Below are positions 42,093-51,289 of a stretch of DNA of 64,000 bases, piece after piece (within the stretch, counting starts at the first letter, position 1; each line of letters starts with the position of its first letter). The stretch is from assembly GCA_018064475.1 (NCBI GenBank), contig JAGHVD010000013.1, positions 9,206-73,205 of the forward strand, in the 5' to 3' direction. This stretch comes from Candidatus Scatonaster coprocaballi. Lineage in GTDB: Bacteria; Bacillota; Clostridia; Saccharofermentanales; Saccharofermentanaceae. Position numbers and translations under genes: made by a program. Below the pieces are notes generated by a model. That model was not told the origin of the DNA, searched no databases, and saw only the letters and a program-made list of their open reading frames with translations.

Positions 42093-42199
42093 TCAGCTCA
42101 TCAGCCTTGAGACGTGGAGCATGTCGTAAATTTCATGAGACCCTTCGCCATAGTCGCCCAATGGATTCTCATCACCGGAGGTGAACAGAATAGACTCGT
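42093..42199 (-). pseudogene. remnant of the 3' end of an alpha/beta-hydrolase gene (divergent paralog of 45530..46474)
   Basis: The minus-strand translation is RKNESILFTSGDENPLGDYGEGSHEIYDMLHVSRLMS. It aligns with KNKPILLISGDEDPVGDYGEGPQEIYDKL of the intact hydrolase. An in-frame stop lies immediately upstream, so only about 36 codons survive. Confidence 0.45.
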
Positions 42200-42356
42200 T
42201 CTTTCTCACTTATTCCCCAGACAAGTCTTTCTTCCGAGGAAGAAACCTTGAGCTTGATGCTTGAAGCGCTGTACAGAATGAGACAAAAAGTAAAGAAGAC
42301 TTGCATTTTGAAAAAAAAAAAATAGAATTATAGAAGTTTGATTTGGGAGGATGACT

Positions 42357-43214
42357 ATGAACAAGAGAATTAAGAATGCGGTGATATGTGGCTTGGTAGC
42401 GTTAGTTACTTTTGTGAACTCAGTTTCGATGATGAAATCACAGAAACAGGCAGCGACGACGACTTACAATCAAGACAAAGTGAAAAGTAACATTTACGCA
42501 CAAGCGAAAGTTGTATGGGATATAGAAGCCGATATTACAGTGAGTGAAAAGAGCGATAAAACAGTTAGTTATAAGAAAAATACTTGGTATCAGGGTATGC
42601 CATATACTCAGTTAGCAGATTATTCGCTGAAAGACTTTGCTTCCTGTTGTTGTATGCATAATGTGCAACGTAGTAAGGTGACTGAAACTAACCTGCTGAG
42701 TAGAAGTTATTTAGTTCAAATTGATCTCAGAAAGTTTGATGGTTGCAAAAATCTAAGAATAGGCAACGACTGTTCGACTGCTGTAGCTGTAGCATGGAGA
42801 TCCTGTAACAATTCTTTACGGATTGAAGATATTGATACTTCCACATTCTTAAGTTGTGCAAAGAGTGGTAGTTATAGCACCTACCATTTGAAAACAGTTG
42901 GGGGCTATAGTATTGGTTCATATACTGATACAAAATCATTTTTGAGCAAAAATGAAAATAAGAGTATAATAAAAAACTGTTATGCTAAACTCAAAATTGG
43001 TGATGCCGTATTCTATAGATCTGGTGGCAAAGGGCACGCTATGATGGTAGTGGCTACCGGAAGCAATTGTGTTTATGTAATTGAACAGTGTGGCCTCAGC
43101 GATAAAAGAACAGTACAACGAACATCATGGGAAGTTGAGAAAAAGTACACATACGATGATCTTATTAAAAGTGGATATCTACCAATTTATAGTACTGATG
43201 TGAGGAAGTCATGA
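42357..43214 (+). CDS. hypothetical secreted protein, possible papain-fold cysteine peptidase/amidase
   Basis: AT-rich. N-terminal signal peptide. Candidate Cys (NDCSTAVAVAW) and His (GGKGHAMMVVATG) pair. RBS GGGAGG. Confidence 0.45.
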   Translation: MNKRIKNAVICGLVALVTFVNSVSMMKSQKQAATTTYNQDKVKSNIYAQAKVVWDIEADITVSEKSDKTVSYKKNTWYQGMPYTQLADYSLKDFASCCCMHNVQRSKVTETNLLSRSYLVQIDLRKFDGCKNLRIGNDCSTAVAVAWRSCNNSLRIEDIDTSTFLSCAKSGSYSTYHLKTVGGYSIGSYTDTKSFLSKNENKSIIKNCYAKLKIGDAVFYRSGGKGHAMMVVATGSNCVYVIEQCGLSDKRTVQRTSWEVEKKYTYDDLIKSGYLPIYSTDVRKS

Positions 43215-45517
43215 GCGAGAGCAACATGAAACGAAAATTAGCCGTTGGGCTAGTCATCATTATGCTATTGGGTATATTGCCTAGTTGCTCACTCTCTCAG
43301 AGCAAGCGTGAGGTCGGAAATGGGGACTCGAGTAAGGAAATGTCACTCTCTATTTCTCAAAGCAATCTTTCCGAGCAGTATTTTCAAGCCGTAGATATGA
43401 TAAGTGGCGTGGACCAAGCAGATACTGCACACAGAATTCTGGGTGCCGCTTTGTCAGCAAACGAGGAGTTTCTCTTTGTTTCATCTGACGAGTGTATCTC
43501 GGTCGAACGGTATGATCAAGAGGGATTGTTTATTTCTAGTTTCTCACAAGAGACTCCATATGTGTATGACAATGGAGGTCGAGGTTTCTACGAAGAAGGA
43601 CGACTGTTTTTTGCCGGATTCTTTGGGCCGATGATGGATGTGTATGAAGTGAATCTGGAGAAAGAGGAAATGAGTAACATCATCCATGTTGATTTGTCGA
43701 AGGATGTTGAGCAACAAGGCTTTTTTCTTAGAGTAATTGGTTTTCGTCATTCTGTTGTATATGCGATGGTGTTGAATGACTTTGGACAAGTAATGATTGG
43801 CTACAGCATTGAAACAGGAGAAGAAGTTTTCCGAACGAAATCGGGTATATCTGGAAACAAGTTCTTCTGGATTCAGGATCAGTTATATGCCTATAATACT
43901 GAAAGAATGCCTAAACAACTTTGGCAAGTTGATGCTGATGGGCAAGGCTCACAAATTCAGAACGAGCAGGACAATGTGAAGTGGGAGGAGTTCTGTTTTG
44001 AAAATGGGAGACAGTTAGTCAGGGATACGGATGGTATTTGGTTCTTTGATGAACGGGGCGTACTTACAAATCTTGTTTCGTTTGCGAATTCCGAGGTGAA
44101 TAGTACGATGCTACTTTCGAATGCTTGTTTTGCAGTTTCTAATCAACTTGACCGCGTGGTACTCTTTGATATCGAAGGAAGAGCGAGTCTTCTGTTTCCT
44201 GGGGAGGGCGACGCGAAAGATAAACAGACGTTGACGCTTGCTTGTGTGGATGCCTCGGGTTCAGAATGGTTGAATTGGGCAATCTATAAGTTCAATAAAG
44301 AGAATGAAGATTACAGAATCGTCTTGAAAGATTATTATTGTTCTATTGATGAGACGAAGTACTTGGATGAAGATGGTGATGTCGATTACTCTGCGGTATA
44401 TGATGCTTCGGAAGAATTGCTTTGGAAGGATGTGGTTTCCGGCCAAGGACCGGATCTGATTCTTCGAGAGAATGGAATCGGGGATAAGATAGGTTCTGCT
44501 TATTTGGACAATTGTGGTTTTATTCAGGATTTGTACCCCCAGTGGTGTGAAGAGAGCGAGGAGTGGAAACAACAGTTTATGTCCCCACTATTTACGCAGG
44601 TTCAGCAACAAGGCAGACTGATGAGTGTGCCAATCGGTATGATGCTCATGTCGGTTGAACTCAATTCGAGATGTGCATTGAGCGAGTGTGGAACGTACAA
44701 AGATACATATAACTATCTTGAAAGTGCATCTGATATTCGCTTCCTTACATGGACGACGAAGGAAGCGTACTTGAAGAAGATGCTTGCGATGGATATGGAT
44801 AGTTTTGTAAATCGAGATCTCAATCAAGCAAATTTCGATAGCGAAGCATTTCAGTACTTACTTTGTCTTTGTAACGAGTATTGTATGTCAAACGAAGAGG
44901 CTGAGATGATTTACGATGAATCAATCATGTTATTCCGAGAGTCGGTAGATGGAGAAGGAGGGAACAACTACCTGACTTATACATATCGACCGATAACAAA
45001 TACTGAGAAACGCAAGAGTGAAACAGGTGTAGTGAGTGGGTATCCTATGGGCCACGAGTGTGACGCATGTGTCGATTATTCCTATCTGATTTCTATTTCA
45101 TCTGCATGCCGGAATAATGTGGCGGCATGGGACTTTATCAAGTACATGTTAAGTGAAGAAGTCCAAAGATACACACCGGATTGGCTTGGTTGCCCTTATT
45201 CACCAATGGTGCGGCGAGATGTTCTTTCTGAGATGATGGATTGCTATGAACATCCGGAAGATCATATGGATTATTGGGATGCTGGTGGTGAATGGGATAG
45301 TGATGTTCTAGGACTGAACAGCTATTCAGAAGATGAGATACAAAGTTTCTTGGATTTCTTTGATTCAACACATCACTTTTACTATTATGATATAGAAATC
45401 ATCGATATAGTGTTGGAAGAATCTGCCCATTATTTCTCAGGAAATAAAGATATGGATAGTGTTGTGCAAACGATAAACAATCGGGTCCAAGTGGTATTGG
45501 ACGAACGTGATTCGTAA
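43211..45517 (+). CDS. large hypothetical lipoprotein with a solute-binding-protein-like C-terminal region
   Basis: Lipobox LLGILPSCS. The C-terminal AAWDFIKYMLSEEVQ block is typical of family-1 extracellular solute-binding proteins. AT-rich. Distant paralog of 56558..58951. Confidence 0.5.
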   Translation: MSESNMKRKLAVGLVIIMLLGILPSCSLSQSKREVGNGDSSKEMSLSISQSNLSEQYFQAVDMISGVDQADTAHRILGAALSANEEFLFVSSDECISVERYDQEGLFISSFSQETPYVYDNGGRGFYEEGRLFFAGFFGPMMDVYEVNLEKEEMSNIIHVDLSKDVEQQGFFLRVIGFRHSVVYAMVLNDFGQVMIGYSIETGEEVFRTKSGISGNKFFWIQDQLYAYNTERMPKQLWQVDADGQGSQIQNEQDNVKWEEFCFENGRQLVRDTDGIWFFDERGVLTNLVSFANSEVNSTMLLSNACFAVSNQLDRVVLFDIEGRASLLFPGEGDAKDKQTLTLACVDASGSEWLNWAIYKFNKENEDYRIVLKDYYCSIDETKYLDEDGDVDYSAVYDASEELLWKDVVSGQGPDLILRENGIGDKIGSAYLDNCGFIQDLYPQWCEESEEWKQQFMSPLFTQVQQQGRLMSVPIGMMLMSVELNSRCALSECGTYKDTYNYLESASDIRFLTWTTKEAYLKKMLAMDMDSFVNRDLNQANFDSEAFQYLLCLCNEYCMSNEEAEMIYDESIMLFRESVDGEGGNNYLTYTYRPITNTEKRKSETGVVSGYPMGHECDACVDYSYLISISSACRNNVAAWDFIKYMLSEEVQRYTPDWLGCPYSPMVRRDVLSEMMDCYEHPEDHMDYWDAGGEWDSDVLGLNSYSEDEIQSFLDFFDSTHHFYYYDIEIIDIVLEESAHYFSGNKDMDSVVQTINNRVQVVLDERDS

Positions 45518-45529
45518 TGGTTGCTGTAT

Positions 45530-46474
45530 TCATCCTGGGGATACTTTACGGGCGAAGTTGTCGATGAGATAGGCGGCTAGACGCTCATAGACGGCGTCGC
45601 GACCAATCTCGTTATGAGGTTCGTGACGCATGCCGTGACGGATGTCGAGCGTGACCTTGTCCTGACCTGCGGCCTGAAGTTTGTCATAGATCTCCTGCGG
45701 TCCTTCTCCATAGTCACCGACCGGATCCTCGTCGCCGGAAATTAGAAGGATTGGCTTATTCTTCGGAATCGAGCCGTACCACTCATCACTGTTGCATGCG
45801 CGAAGCATGTGGAACAGGTCGATATACGCGGAGTGGGTGAAAGTAAATGTGCAGAACGGGTCGCCAGAATACTTCTTGACGATCTCTTTGTCATAGGAGA
45901 GCCAGTCCGAAGCGGAGAACGGCTCGGCGATACGCTTCATATACTGTTTGTTGATGGTTCTTGAGATCAGCTTGGCGGGCTTCTTCTCTCGTACGAAGAA
46001 GCGTTGGAATTTCGCAAGCGCGATAAGTAGGCCGACCAGAGAATTGTTGCGGGCTGTACCGGAGAGGATAATGCCGTCACAATCGTCGCCGTACTGGGTA
46101 AACCAGTTCCGCGTGATGAAAGAACCCATAGAATGCCCAAGTACGATATATGGCTTCCCAGGATAGAGGCTCATCATGATGCGGTGAAGCTTCTCCACAT
46201 CTTCCACGAGATATCTGTCCCCGTCGTTCTTGCCGAAGTAGCCGAACGTATCGTGCTCGCCGACACTTTGACCATGTCCGAGGTGATCTTCGCCACAAAC
46301 CACGAAGCCCTTGTCGGCGAGATGTTCGGCTAGTTCCTCATAACGTCCCATGTATTCGCACATGCCGTGAACGATCTGCACGACGCCGCGCGCTGGAACG
46401 GAAGGAGCCCAGGTGAAATATGTGATTTCGGTTGTTCCATTACTGCTGGTAAAAGTACTCTTCTGCATGGCCAT
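45530..46474 (-). CDS. alpha/beta hydrolase (lysophospholipase / monoacylglycerol lipase-like)
   Basis: Nucleophile elbow GHSMGS. 314 aa. HGxxEYxGRY-type N-terminal block. Confidence 0.75.
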   Translation of the reverse strand: MAMQKSTFTSSNGTTEITYFTWAPSVPARGVVQIVHGMCEYMGRYEELAEHLADKGFVVCGEDHLGHGQSVGEHDTFGYFGKNDGDRYLVEDVEKLHRIMMSLYPGKPYIVLGHSMGSFITRNWFTQYGDDCDGIILSGTARNNSLVGLLIALAKFQRFFVREKKPAKLISRTINKQYMKRIAEPFSASDWLSYDKEIVKKYSGDPFCTFTFTHSAYIDLFHMLRACNSDEWYGSIPKNKPILLISGDEDPVGDYGEGPQEIYDKLQAAGQDKVTLDIRHGMRHEPHNEIGRDAVYERLAAYLIDNFARKVSPG

Positions 46475-46748
46475 GGATAAGTCCTCTTTCGTGTTCGTAG
46501 CCTGTGCCTCGCACGGACTGATATTGTTTACATTATACCCTTAATACAGAGTAACCTCTATATTTTTCAGAAGGAATCGTTCTCGAGATATGCGAAGACG
46601 AACGCTCGAAGAGAAAGCAAGTGCTTTTCCCGACGATACAGCGGAATAGAACTTCTATTTTGGTAAAACCATCGCTCGAACTTTCTTGACGGTCATGTGA
46701 CCGTGTGATAAGATTGTGCCAAGATTACGATTGAAAGGAGGATGGATC

Positions 46749-47276
46749 ATGGGTGTGATGCTTCCCGGTACATTTATCGAAGTTTCACCGGAGAAATTGA
46801 AGAACGTGGATGAGATCCTTTCGCCAATGTTTCTTCTGGAAGGTATGCAGCTTCGACAGATCACGCAGTTGCTCGGTGTGGAAGCGCACACGGTACAGAA
46901 TTGGGTGAAGCGCGGATTCGTAGAATCACCGGTTCGCAAGATGTACGACCGAGATCGTTTTGTCAGGCTGGCGTTGCTGAATTACTTGAAAGACGTTTTC
47001 TCGTTGGAAGGAATTCTCGAGATACTGAGCATGGCCGGGCACCAGGATAACGAAGTGTACAAAGCGTTCTGCGCATTGATGGCACTTGCTCCGGTAGACC
47101 CGATCCGAGCGGAGACGAAACTGAATGACATCATCGATCGGGCGGTGGAAAATGGTGATTTCAATTACCAGCAGACATCGAAGCAACAGGTCGCGAAGAT
47201 GATGACGATCCTGTACACCGCACATTTATCAATCGTAATGAAGAAGGAAGCCGAACGGCTCTTGCAAGAGATTTGA
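46749..47276 (+). CDS. DUF1836-like HTH domain protein
   Basis: ...MQLRQITQLLGVEAHTVQNWVKRGFVESPVRKMYDRDRFVRLALLNYLKDV... fits the DUF1836 signature as I recall it. Start at MGVML behind AAAGGAGG. Confidence 0.45.
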   Translation: MGVMLPGTFIEVSPEKLKNVDEILSPMFLLEGMQLRQITQLLGVEAHTVQNWVKRGFVESPVRKMYDRDRFVRLALLNYLKDVFSLEGILEILSMAGHQDNEVYKAFCALMALAPVDPIRAETKLNDIIDRAVENGDFNYQQTSKQQVAKMMTILYTAHLSIVMKKEAERLLQEI

Positions 47277-47289
47277 AAAGAGGAACATT

Positions 47290-48336
47290 ATGAAATTCTT
47301 AATGGATTGGTTTGAAGCGTTGAATCTGCCTGAACAGATTTTTGCCTGCATCGCAGTTGCATTTAGCGTTCTTCTGATTTTACAGTTTGTACTGCTTATG
47401 ATCGGCGCGGCGTCCCACGCAGGCGATATGGATGGTCACGATATGGGTGGCGGCGATGGTCACGACTTCGGTCACGGCCACGACATGGGTCACGATGTCG
47501 GTCATGACATGGGCCATGATATTGGACATGATATTGGACACGATGTCGGCCACGACTTTGGCCATGATGTCGGCCATAGTATCGGACATGGCGATTTCGG
47601 TCAACCACATGGTGACTTCGGTCACGACGCGGGTCACGATTTCGGCCATGATGTGGGTCACGATATTCATCAAGAAATATTGACGCATGATGGATCTTAC
47701 GATTACAATCATGATATGGACGCCGGCCACGATCACATCGGCCATGTCGCGCACGAGTTTGCCGAGATTCAGGACGGAATCGTGGTGGATGTTCATAGCG
47801 GTGATATCTACTTGGCTGAGGCGCTCCCTCATGTACCGATGGTCAACGGACCGGACGTAGGTATTCCGGATCAGGATCTTCCGGATGGAAGAACATACGT
47901 GGACAGAGCAGACCATGTACATGGTTCGGGATTCAGACTCTTTACGATGCAGGGTATCATTGCATTTTTCTGCATCTTCGGTTGGTCGGGACTCCTGTTC
48001 CTGAAGGGCGGATTACCCGTCTGGGGCGCAAGCCTTCTTGCATTTGTCTGCGGCTTTGCCGCACTGTTCCTGATGGGACTGGCGCTTTGGGGCATGCAGA
48101 AGATCCAATCGGATGGAACATTGAATGTGAAATACGCGCTGGGCCGTTCCGGAGAAGTGTACATTCCGATTCCGGGACAGCGCAAAGAACCCGGCAAAGT
48201 GATGGTAGAAGTCCAGGACCAGCTGATGGAATTTGAGGCGGTCACGGACGAGGATGAGAAGATCCCCACCGGTACACAGGTGACGGTGATCGGTATAACA
48301 AAGGGTACAACACTGATTGTGACCAAACATAGTTAA
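47290..48336 (+). CDS. NfeD-like membrane protein (stomatin/flotillin partner) with an internal His/Asp-rich (GHDx)n repeat
   Basis: N-terminal TM. About 20 consecutive G-H-D-[MVIF] units. A second TM pair. C-terminal OB-fold NfeD block (...GRSGEVYIPIPGQRKEPGKVMVEVQDQLMEFEAV...TQVTVIGITKGTTLIV). Sits immediately upstream of a flotillin gene. Confidence 0.65.
   Translation: MKFLMDWFEALNLPEQIFACIAVAFSVLLILQFVLLMIGAASHAGDMDGHDMGGGDGHDFGHGHDMGHDVGHDMGHDIGHDIGHDVGHDFGHDVGHSIGHGDFGQPHGDFGHDAGHDFGHDVGHDIHQEILTHDGSYDYNHDMDAGHDHIGHVAHEFAEIQDGIVVDVHSGDIYLAEALPHVPMVNGPDVGIPDQDLPDGRTYVDRADHVHGSGFRLFTMQGIIAFFCIFGWSGLLFLKGGLPVWGASLLAFVCGFAALFLMGLALWGMQKIQSDGTLNVKYALGRSGEVYIPIPGQRKEPGKVMVEVQDQLMEFEAVTDEDEKIPTGTQVTVIGITKGTTLIVTKHS
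47434..47665 (+). repeat. imperfect 12-bp tandem repeat encoding the (G-H-D-x)n tract
   Basis: ggtcacgatgtc / ggtcatgacatg / ggccatgatatt ... repeated about 19 times in frame. Confidence 0.7.
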
Positions 48337-48355
48337 TTATAGGAGGAAGTTGAAA

Positions 48356-49876
48356 ATGCCATTTGAAGTAATTTGCTTAATTGTTGTGATTGCTGTTCTG
48401 GTATTTACGTTGTTTCTGATTTTCTTGTCTAGGTACAGAAAATGTCCGTCTGACCGTATCATGGTCATCTACGGTAAAGTTGGTAAGAATGCCGACGGAA
48501 CCGCACGCTCATCCAAGTGTATTCATGGTGGTGCGGCATTCGTATGGCCGGTCATTCAGTCCTATCAGTATTTGGACTTGACCCCAATCTCCATCGCTGT
48601 CGATCTTCGTTCTGCACTTTCCCGTCAGAACATCCGTATCGACGTACCGTCTATCTTTACAGTAGGTATTTCGACAGAACCCGGTGTCATGCAGAACGCT
48701 GCTGAGCGTCTCCTCGGCCTCAAGCTTTCTGAGATTCAGGAACTTGCGAAGGATATCATCTTCGGTCAGCTCCGTCTGGTTATCGCGACCATGGATATCG
48801 AGGAGATCAACACCGACCGTGATAAGTTCCTCGAGGCTGTTTCCAGAAACGTGGAGACAGAGTTGAAGAAGATCGGTCTTCGTCTGATCAACGTAAACGT
48901 TACAGATATCAGCGATGAGTCCGGATACATCAGCGCACTTGGTAAGGAAGCTGCTGCAAAGGCAATCAACGACGCGAAGAAGAACGTTGCGGAGAAAGAA
49001 AGAGACGGTTCTATCGGTGAGGCTTTGGCCCAGAAGGATCAGCGTATCCAGGTTGCATCTGCAAACTCCATGGCTATCCAGGGTGAGAACCAGGCAAAGA
49101 TTGAAGTTGCAAATTCTGAGGCTGTACGTCGTGAGAAAGCCGCTGAGGCGATGAGACTTGCTACCGCAGCTGAGAAAGTTCAGGCAGCTAAAGCACTTGA
49201 AGAAGCATACGCAGCAGAGAAGGAAGCTGAGCTTTCCCGTTCCGCTCGTGAGAAGGCTACCCTCGAAGCCGACGTTATCGTTAAGGCTGAGATCAGTAAG
49301 CGAGAGATGGAACTTGCTGCGGAGGCACAAGCTGAGAAGATCAGAAGACAGGCAGCCGGTGAAGCAGACGCGATCTACGCGAAGATGGAAGCTGAAGCTC
49401 GTGGTATGCAGGAGATCTTGACCAAGCAGGCTGCGGGTTTCGAGAAGATCGTTGCAGCAGCCGGTGGTAATGCTAAGGATGCAATGATGCTCATGTTGGC
49501 AGACAAGATGGAGCAGCTCATGAAGATCCAGGTAGAAGCAATCCGCGATCTGAAGATCGACAAGGTTACTGTTTGGGACAGCGGCGCAGGTGCCGGTGGA
49601 GATGGCAAGAGCTCTACCGCAAACTTCATCTCCGGTCTCATGAAGAGTGTCCCGCCGATGAACGAGATTTTCGAGATGGCTGGTATGCAGTTGCCGGATT
49701 ACCTCGGTAAGAAGATGGGAGACTCTGCAGAAGTTGCAGAAACTGCTGAACCGGAGAAGACCGAAACTTATGAAGCGAAGGCTGACGTAGCCGTTGCACC
49801 GGTAGTAGACACCGATTCGGAAACAGGAGCTGAGGTAGTGAGTGCCAAGGATATTACTCCTTATAACGGGTATTAA
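48356..49876 (+). CDS. floT: flotillin-like SPFH/band-7 protein (FloT/YuaG-like)
   Basis: N-terminal membrane hairpin. SPFH domain. Long Ala/Glu-rich coiled coil (AEAMRLATAAEKVQAAKALEEAYAAEKEAEL). About 507 aa. ATG 48356 behind AGGAGG. Confidence 0.8.
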   Translation: MPFEVICLIVVIAVLVFTLFLIFLSRYRKCPSDRIMVIYGKVGKNADGTARSSKCIHGGAAFVWPVIQSYQYLDLTPISIAVDLRSALSRQNIRIDVPSIFTVGISTEPGVMQNAAERLLGLKLSEIQELAKDIIFGQLRLVIATMDIEEINTDRDKFLEAVSRNVETELKKIGLRLINVNVTDISDESGYISALGKEAAAKAINDAKKNVAEKERDGSIGEALAQKDQRIQVASANSMAIQGENQAKIEVANSEAVRREKAAEAMRLATAAEKVQAAKALEEAYAAEKEAELSRSAREKATLEADVIVKAEISKREMELAAEAQAEKIRRQAAGEADAIYAKMEAEARGMQEILTKQAAGFEKIVAAAGGNAKDAMMLMLADKMEQLMKIQVEAIRDLKIDKVTVWDSGAGAGGDGKSSTANFISGLMKSVPPMNEIFEMAGMQLPDYLGKKMGDSAEVAETAEPEKTETYEAKADVAVAPVVDTDSETGAEVVSAKDITPYNGY

Positions 49877-49972
49877 TGTGACGGACTTGCTTCATTGAAG
49901 CACGAAAACTTAGCAAATGTGACACAAGGAGTTGCTCTTCGGAGCAGCTCCTTTTCACATGGAAAGAATGGA

Positions 49973-51076
49973 TCAGTGACGCATCCGAAGGGTAAGAAGG
50001 ACCAGTAGCTTGATGGTCTCGTTGATGCGGGCGCGGGACTGACCATCCATCGAACGGGTCGCGTCTACGATATAGCCGACGCGTGTAGCCCAGGAGTCCT
50101 CCGGGCTGAAGAGGTTGTTGGCGCCGGATGAGGTGGCAATGCGATAGAGCATCTCGACAAAGGCTTCGCGTTCTTCGTAGTTGATGCTGCCTAGCCACTG
50201 ATTTACTGCGGCAATACGAGTCTGTGCACTGCGGTTCCATTCTGGAACATAATCGAAGTCATCGGTTCCGACTTCCCAGGTAAAAGGACTGTGTTGCGTG
50301 AGCCAGAGTGCGTGGTTGGCGATGAAGCGTGTGCCGGGTGCGCTCTGGAGAAGCATGCCGACGAAAGAGGCGGAAGGTACGAGGTGGTATACGCGATCTG
50401 CGATGGCCTTATAGGCCTCGGTCTCGGATAGGTTGAAAGAGAAGCCCGGACCGTCGAAGGAATAGACACCTAAGATTCGTTCTTTGATGGAGTCTTTGCA
50501 TTCTGTCGCCGCGTAGATGGACAGGTTGCCGCCTTTGGAATGTCCGCCGATATAGAACCGCGTGGAAGGGGCCATCTCCTGTGCGAGGTAATTCAGATAG
50601 CGAGAAGCTTGTTCCTGAGAAGGGATCGGATATTTATAAGCGAGCTGGAAGTCTTCTTTCCAGCCGATGAGGGTGCCGTCGGTGCCGCGAAAAGCGACGT
50701 AGCAAATGTTGTCCGGCATATGGAAGCATACCGCGGCGAACTGGATCTCTTCCGATGCTTTTGTATGGGCACAAAGGTGAGAGACGGAGACATTTCTGAA
50801 GCGGCGACTCAGTCGAAGCGTGTCGATGAGCTTCATGTTCTTGGACGTGTCGGCTGCATATTGGCCGAAGAGTGGCATTTCGTCCGTTCTTGGCATCTCG
50901 TGTAGGAACATGGAATCGGAAAGACGATAAGGCCATTCCTGTGTCCAAATATTCGGAAGCAGATATTCCCACTGGAAGTAGGTGGCTTCGGCGTAAATGA
51001 GTGCGTCGATGGCATTGAAAGGAAACTCATCGAAAGTGCGCTGTTCATTCCGTGCATACTCTAGGATCGACTTCAT
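49973..51076 (-). CDS. DUF2974 (Mbeg1-like) lipase-fold alpha/beta hydrolase
   Basis: YVAFRGTDGTLIGWKEDF and GGHSKGGNLSIYAA are lipase class 3-like motifs. Start at MKSILEY behind AAAGGAGA. The longer listed ORF lacks an RBS. Confidence 0.6.
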   Translation of the reverse strand: MKSILEYARNEQRTFDEFPFNAIDALIYAEATYFQWEYLLPNIWTQEWPYRLSDSMFLHEMPRTDEMPLFGQYAADTSKNMKLIDTLRLSRRFRNVSVSHLCAHTKASEEIQFAAVCFHMPDNICYVAFRGTDGTLIGWKEDFQLAYKYPIPSQEQASRYLNYLAQEMAPSTRFYIGGHSKGGNLSIYAATECKDSIKERILGVYSFDGPGFSFNLSETEAYKAIADRVYHLVPSASFVGMLLQSAPGTRFIANHALWLTQHSPFTWEVGTDDFDYVPEWNRSAQTRIAAVNQWLGSINYEEREAFVEMLYRIATSSGANNLFSPEDSWATRVGYIVDATRSMDGQSRARINETIKLLVLLTLRMRH

Positions 51077-51289
51077 CGTTGGCGTGTCTCCTTTCTCTGT
51101 TCGAATCGATTCATAACAAGTACATTCTATCACAATGGAAAGAAAGGCATGATGATGAAAAAACCTAACGAAACCTTCATAGTTTTTTAATAGATGCAGA
51201 AGTAAAATAAACATGAGCGTGTGAAGGGGGGAAGTCACATGCAAGGAACAAGAGGATGATTAGCTTGATGATTTGGGAAGGAGCCCGAT

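Noticed and set aside
47380-47922. Minus-strand ORFs (180 and 70 aa) across the NfeD His/Asp repeat
   Set aside because: Artefact of the in-frame 12-bp tandem repeat, which keeps several frames open. The + frame gives a coherent NfeD protein.
48509-49330. 273-aa minus-strand ORF inside the flotillin gene
   Set aside because: It is antisense to the coiled-coil region of flotillin. The low-complexity Leu/Ser/Cys translation is typical of Ala/Glu-codon antisense.
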